This document shows, in pieces, positions 63,703 through 64,000 of a stretch of 64,000 bases of DNA (positions are counted from its first letter, which is position 1; every line of letters begins with the position of its first letter). The DNA comes from Pirellulales bacterium (GTDB lineage Bacteria; Planctomycetota; Planctomycetia; Pirellulales; UBA1268), in the NCBI GenBank assembly GCA_044342075.1, contig JBIIQM010000003.1, forward strand, positions 4,736-68,735, read 5' to 3'. A model generated the notes under the pieces. That model was not told the origin of the DNA, ran no database searches, and saw only the letters and a program-made list of their open reading frames with translations. The translations under genes and the position numbers were made by a program.

Positions 63703-64000
63703 TTCACGAGGTCCTTGAACACCTTGCGGACCTTCTCCACCTTCGGCGCCGCGACCGCCTGGCAGTAAGGCTGGAAGGGGTTGTTGGCGAAGTAGTCCTG
63801 GTGGTACTTCTCGGCCGGATAAAACCTGGAGGCCGGCGTCACCTCCGTCACGATCTTGCCGGGAAACACGCGGGCCGCGTCGAGCTTCGCGATCACTTCC
63901 TCGGCGATCCTTTTCTGCTCGTCGTCGTGGTAGAAGACGCCCGAGCGATATTGCGTGCCGACGTCGGCTCCCTGGCGGTTGAGCGTGGTCGGGTCGTGCG
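63699..64000 (-). CDS. msrA: Peptide-methionine (S)-S-oxide reductase MsrA, C-terminal part (gene continues past the right edge)
   Basis: My translation upstream of the track ORF gives [53 protein letters not shown]...EKYHQDYF. These are classic MsrA motifs. Confidence 0.85.
   Translation of the reverse strand, partial: HDPTTLNRQGADVGTQYRSGVFYHDDEQKRIAEEVIAKLDAARVFPGKIVTEVTPASRFYPAEKYHQDYFANNPFQPYCQAVAAPKVEKVRKVFKDLVK

Overview
This is a very GC-rich chromosomal segment. It is most likely from a member of the Planctomycetota. That is an inference from three things: a DUF1559/H-X9-DG prepilin-type protein followed by a small lipoprotein, a PEP-CTERM signal, and sulfatase-like genes. I call about 46 protein genes and one tRNA-Ser(CGA). 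Gene packing is tight, with many ATGA start/stop overlaps.

The content is mainly housekeeping:
- DNA repair and helicases: an AddB/AddA-like helicase-nuclease pair, endonuclease IV and a PcrA/UvrD-type helicase.
- Central metabolism: aconitase and pyruvate carboxylase.
- Envelope: skp-lpxC-lpxA followed by a coupled oxidoreductase, and YidC.
- RNA modification and protein repair: MnmE, TsaB, RluD and MsrA.
- Transport: a cluster-9 metal ABC importer, a POT transporter and an RND/MMPL transporter.
- Proteases and signalling: an M16 peptidase pair, an M28 peptidase, and an FHA-GAF histidine kinase.

I see no transposase, integrase, phage gene, CRISPR array, toxin-antitoxin pair or recognisable defence gene. 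I found no convincing new multi-gene system.

The structure that genes do not explain lies in the intergenic DNA:
- A 143-nt hyper-structured repeat in four copies (family A).
- A 130-160-nt composite repeat in three copies (family B).
- GTAG-headed REP hairpins in a dozen or more copies, whose TAG serves as the stop codon of at least eight genes.
- A promoter-to-terminator unit that looks like a small RNA with a C10 loop.

At the protein level the oddities are:
- An in-frame PEP-CTERM / prepilin-DUF1559 fusion.
- A metal ABC permease fused to a DtxR/MntR-like regulator domain.
- A PDZ module inside YidC.
- An alpha-oxoamine synthase with a degenerate carrier-protein-like head.
- Perfect in-frame tandem repeats inside the AddA-like gene.

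All functional calls come from motif recognition by eye. No database search was run. Long antisense ORFs in the supplied track are treated as GC artefacts.
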